A DNA stretch of 24,000 bases. Origin: Minisyncoccales bacterium. Its GTDB lineage: Bacteria > Patescibacteriota > Minisyncoccia > Minisyncoccales > Minisyncoccaceae. Location: NCBI GenBank assembly GCA_049302695.1, contig JBAQMJ010000015.1, positions 4,769 to 28,768 on the forward strand. Direction: 5' to 3'. Made by a program: the position numbers and the translations under genes. This document shows, in pieces, positions 21,530 to 24,000 of this stretch (the stretch's first letter is position 1; every line of letters begins with the position of its first letter). The notes below the pieces were generated by a model. That model worked only from the letters and a program-made list of their open reading frames with translations. It ran no database searches and was not told the DNA's origin.

Positions 21530-22084
21530 ATGAAAAAAATACACATTATTTTAATTTCGATAATTGCAATTGCAGTATTGGTTGTTGGAGGAATCTATTT
21601 ATTCCAGGGTAATAAAAATACAGATCAGTTTAGTGATCAAGAAATACCTGGCAATCAAGATGTTACAGAATTAAGCATAGATTCTTTATCTCTTGGCAAT
21701 TGGGCTTCAATCGTAGCCGAGAAGGGTGACGATGGAATATATATTGCTGATATGATAAGCGTTTGCGAGAGTGAAGATAGCTGTTCTGCTCAACAGGGAG
21801 GAAACGGACAAACATCTCCTTCAGGTACGGGAACTCCCACTGGAGAAGCTCCTACGGGTACTGGGACAGCCCCTTCAGGCAGTGCTCCTTCAGGTGATAA
21901 AACTTCAGGAACTGCACCGACTGGAACCGCTCCTAGCGGAGAAGGACAGAAAGACATGAGTAATAAATCTATGCTTTCTGGAACAATTATTGAAATAGGC
22001 GAAAACTCTATTACTCTTGAATTAGATACTGGAGAAACGGCAACTGTTGCTATCTCTGATTCGACTAGAGTAGTGGAGAGATAG
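21530..22084 (+). CDS. membrane-anchored protein with Pro/Thr/Ser/Gly linker and C-terminal DUF5666-like beta domain
   Basis: N-terminal TM (IHIILISIIAIAVLVVGGIYLF), a low-complexity APSG/APTG linker, and C-terminal SGTIIEIGENSITLELDTGETATVAISDSTRV. It is the last gene of the efflux operon. Confidence 0.65.
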   Translation: MKKIHIILISIIAIAVLVVGGIYLFQGNKNTDQFSDQEIPGNQDVTELSIDSLSLGNWASIVAEKGDDGIYIADMISVCESEDSCSAQQGGNGQTSPSGTGTPTGEAPTGTGTAPSGSAPSGDKTSGTAPTGTAPSGEGQKDMSNKSMLSGTIIEIGENSITLELDTGETATVAISDSTRVVER

Positions 22085-22085
22085 G

Positions 22086-22114
22086 TTGACAAAATGCGAA
22101 AAATATAATATAGT
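22086..22114 (+). promoter_or_regulatory. sigma70-type promoter upstream of the DEAD-box helicase
   Basis: TTGACA (22086-22091), a 17-nt spacer, then TATAGT (22109-22114). Confidence 0.5.
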
Positions 22115-22139
22115 TATCTCATATTAGATATTGAGATAA
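22114..22139. promoter_or_regulatory. perfect 8-bp inverted repeat, candidate operator
   Basis: TTATCTCA-N10-TGAGATAA. It starts at the last base of the -10 box and spans the expected transcription start. Confidence 0.4.
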
Positions 22140-22142
22140 GAA

Positions 22143-22177
22143 GGCGGAGTCTCTGTATTGAGGCACTCCGTCTTTTT
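22143..22177 (+). terminator. terminator-like hairpin + U-run (efflux-operon terminator and/or 5'-UTR attenuator of the helicase)
   Basis: GGCGGAGTCTC-TGTATT-GAG(gc)ACTCCGTC followed by TTTTT. It ends 10 nt before the ATG at 22187. Confidence 0.7.
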
Positions 22178-22186
22178 AATTGAATT

Positions 22187-23374
22187 ATGCAAACAAGAAG
22201 ATTTTCAAAAAACAATAGAGCTGGAAGAAAACCGGCATTTAGAAGAGGAGCCCCTCAAAGAAGAAGTGGTTTTTCTGCTTCTAAAATAGATATTTCTAAA
22301 TTAATCCAAAAGAGCACTTTTGTTGAAGAAGATGTCTATACTCCCGCTCATCAATTTGCTGATTTTAAAGTAGATAGCAGGTTGAAGAGCAATATTATTC
22401 GCAAGGGATATAAGGATCCTACTCCGATTCAAGACAAAATCATTCCTTTGATTTTAGAAGGAAGGGATGTTGTTGGTATTGCTAATACTGGAACAGGAAA
22501 AACTGCTGCTTTTTTAATACCAGCGATCAACAAGACTCTTTTGAATAAAAGCAATAAAACTATTATTATTGCTCCAACTAGAGAGCTAGCTTTTCAAATA
22601 GAAACAGAGTTTAGAGATTTTACCACTGGCATGCATTTGTATTCCATTATTTGTGTTGGAGGAACAAGCATGAGAGATCAGATGTTCAAGATGAGAAGAG
22701 GATATGACTTTGTTATCGGAACTCCTGGAAGAATTAAAGACTTGGTTCAGAGAAATGCTTTGGATATGAACAGATTCCAAACAATAGTTCTAGATGAAGC
22801 AGATAGAATGCTTGATATGGGCTTTGTCGATGATATGAGATTTTTAATGGAAAAGATGCCAGCTAATAAGCAGGCTCTGCTTTTTTCAGCTACCATTCCC
22901 GATGAAATAGAAAAGCTTTCTAGGAAGTTTTTAAAGAATCCAGAAAAAGTTTCAGTTAAAGTCAGGGAATCTTCAGCCAATGTCGATCAGGACGTGATCA
23001 AGGTGGGAGATAAAAACAAGATAGATATTTTATGCGATCTTTTGAAAAAGGAAGAATTCAGCAAAGTTCTTATCTTTGGAAAAACTAAGCACGGAGTAGA
23101 AAAGCTTTCTAAAACTTTAGTTCAGAAAGGATTTAAATCAGACTCAATCCATGGGAACAAAACGCAATCAAACAGAAAGAGAGCAATTGATTTCTTTAAG
23201 GGAACTCAAGGAAAGATATTGGTGGCTACAGATATAGCAGCCAGAGGCTTGGATATTGATAATATTAGCCATGTTATCAACTATGATATGCCCGCTACCT
23301 ATGAAGACTATGTTCACAGAATTGGAAGAACTGGCAGAGGAAGAAAAAAAGGAAAAGCCATTACTTTTGTTTAA
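22187..23374 (+). CDS. DEAD-box ATP-dependent RNA helicase
   Basis: Q motif (FADF...PTPIQ), motif I ANTGTGKTAAF, Ia PTRELA, Ib TPGR, II DEAD, III SAT, V ARGLD and VI HRIGRTGR. It has an Arg-rich N-terminal extension. Confidence 0.95.
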   Translation: MQTRRFSKNNRAGRKPAFRRGAPQRRSGFSASKIDISKLIQKSTFVEEDVYTPAHQFADFKVDSRLKSNIIRKGYKDPTPIQDKIIPLILEGRDVVGIANTGTGKTAAFLIPAINKTLLNKSNKTIIIAPTRELAFQIETEFRDFTTGMHLYSIICVGGTSMRDQMFKMRRGYDFVIGTPGRIKDLVQRNALDMNRFQTIVLDEADRMLDMGFVDDMRFLMEKMPANKQALLFSATIPDEIEKLSRKFLKNPEKVSVKVRESSANVDQDVIKVGDKNKIDILCDLLKKEEFSKVLIFGKTKHGVEKLSKTLVQKGFKSDSIHGNKTQSNRKRAIDFFKGTQGKILVATDIAARGLDIDNISHVINYDMPATYEDYVHRIGRTGRGRKKGKAITFV

Positions 23375-23377
23375 AAA

Positions 23378-23398
23378 GGAGCTGAGAAGCTCTTTTTT
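23378..23398 (+). terminator. weak terminator-like hairpin
   Basis: GGAGC-TGAGAA-GCTCT (5 bp including one G-U pair) followed by TTTTTT. Confidence 0.4.
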
Positions 23399-23399
23399 G

Positions 23400-23428
23400 T
23401 TGAAATATTCTTTAATTTTTGAGATAAT
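23400..23428 (+). promoter_or_regulatory. promoter with -35 and extended -10
   Basis: TTGAAA (23400-23405), a 17-nt spacer ending in TGa, then GATAAT (23423-23428). The ATG at 23437 lies 8 nt downstream, giving a near-leaderless mRNA. Confidence 0.5.
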
Positions 23429-23436
23429 AACCATAT

Positions 23437-24000
23437 ATGGATTATCTTAAAGCAATAACGGAAATTCTTTTGGTTGCAACTATTGGAGTTGCTGTTTTGG
23501 TTTTAGGGCCAGACATTCAATCAATTTATTCTGAGAAATTTTTTAATCCCTGTCAAAATCCAATTTCTTATTCAATCGGAAATATCGATAAAGATTTTAA
23601 TATTACCAACGATTATTTTTTATCAGCCATCAAGGATGCGGAAAAAGTATGGGAAGATGCTGCTGGAATTAATTTTTTTAATTATTCAGAAGAGGGGGGA
23701 ATGAAAATAAATTTTGTTTATGATTATCGCCAAGATTCAACAGCTCAAATAAATGATTTAAGCAGCACCCTCGAGGCCAATGAAGCTAATTACGCTAAAA
23801 TTAAAAGCGAATACGATGGATATGTTAGCCAATACAATTCTAGCAAGTCAGAATTAAATAATTTGGTTTTGCGATACAATCAATCTGGAAAAAAGAAATC
23901 AGAGGAATTACTTTTGCAAATCAGAACTTTAGAGAAAACAATCAATGATTTAGTTGTTAAGATAAATGAATTGGGAAATCAAATCAATAGCCTTGAAGGC
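23437..24000 (+). CDS. 5' part of a membrane-anchored secreted protein, possibly a matrixin-like metalloprotease N-terminal region with a coiled-coil insert (partial)
   Basis: The frame is open from the ATG at 23437 to the window end (188 codons). N-terminal TM ITEILLVATIGVAVLVLG. The pattern PISYSIGNIDKDF...AIKDAEKVWEDAAGINFF...KINFVYDYRQ recalls matrixin-type N-lobes. No HExxH motif appears before the window ends. Confidence 0.55.
   Translation, partial: MDYLKAITEILLVATIGVAVLVLGPDIQSIYSEKFFNPCQNPISYSIGNIDKDFNITNDYFLSAIKDAEKVWEDAAGINFFNYSEEGGMKINFVYDYRQDSTAQINDLSSTLEANEANYAKIKSEYDGYVSQYNSSKSELNNLVLRYNQSGKKKSEELLLQIRTLEKTINDLVVKINELGNQINSLEG

Noticed and set aside
21810-21950. Repetitive APSG/APTG-coding DNA as a tandem-repeat or contingency locus.
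   Set aside because: The repeats are short, imperfect and in frame. They are consistent with an ordinary Pro/Thr/Ser/Gly linker between a TM anchor and a folded domain.
1149-23434. Minus-strand ORFs from the track: 1149-1355, 5370-5733, 5941-6647, 6848-7084, 7673-8026, 8286-8471, 9861-10064, 11566-12353, 13218-13409, 13980-14279, 15991-16343, 16582-16776, 17425-17670, 19348-19825, 21012-21275, 21790-22092 and 22586-23434.
   Set aside because: All are embedded antisense to + strand genes that have strong family motifs. Their translations are low-complexity or motif-free (for example, F/S-rich mirrors of K/E-rich sense sequence), and none has its own promoter or terminator context.
3723-23450. 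Same-strand, out-of-frame ORFs: 3723-3941, 5849-6043, 8420-8662, 10903-11118, 11678-12013, 21771-21959 and 23256-23450.
   Set aside because: Each is nested in, or overlaps, a better-supported frame and shows no recognisable motif. They are typical alternative-frame noise.
1-24000. A search for CRISPR arrays, IS elements or inverted terminal repeats, integrases, phage genes, rRNA and tRNA.
   Set aside because: No spaced direct repeats, no DDE, tyrosine- or serine-recombinase motifs and no RNA-gene signatures were seen by eye. The only exact repeat of 20 nt or more that I noticed is the post-terminator 20-mer reported above.

Overview
AT-rich, gene-dense window (roughly one-third G+C by eye). 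I call 26 probable protein genes, 25 of them on the + strand. I recognised no rRNA, tRNA, CRISPR array, transposase or integrase. The gene set includes engB, a DEAD-box helicase, ABC-F, DegV, Nudix, MazG-like, CDGSH and CxxC-x17-CxxC proteins, DUF5666-like proteins and a split MacAB/YknXYZ-type efflux operon. Shine-Dalgarno motifs are almost absent, and TGnTATAAT extended -10 boxes sit close to many start codons. Together these suggest a small-genome, probably monoderm, CPR/Patescibacteria-like bacterium; this is inference, not a database result. The 5' end carries a TetR + 14-TMS MFS pair that resembles Bacillus lmrAB. The most unusual region is a tightly coupled four-gene operon at 3638-8117. 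Its first product is a signal-peptide protein with two PPC-like beta-sandwiches, a 26-cysteine module, a DUF5684-like membrane module and four C-terminal zinc ribbons. The other three are a soluble zinc-ribbon protein, a 93-aa stand-alone EF-Tu domain-II-like barrel, and a 446-aa protein with an internal PH-like duplication. I cannot map this operon to any described system and flag it as the best candidate for something new. Other notable items: a minimal SET-domain methyltransferase that is the only minus-strand gene; an ECF sigma / atypical membrane partner / efflux cluster that may be an envelope-stress unit; a promoter-palindrome-terminator arrangement in front of the DEAD-box helicase; and a 34-codon uORF between an extended -10 box and the ABC-F gene. 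All domain calls come from motif recognition by eye and need HMM or structure searches to confirm.
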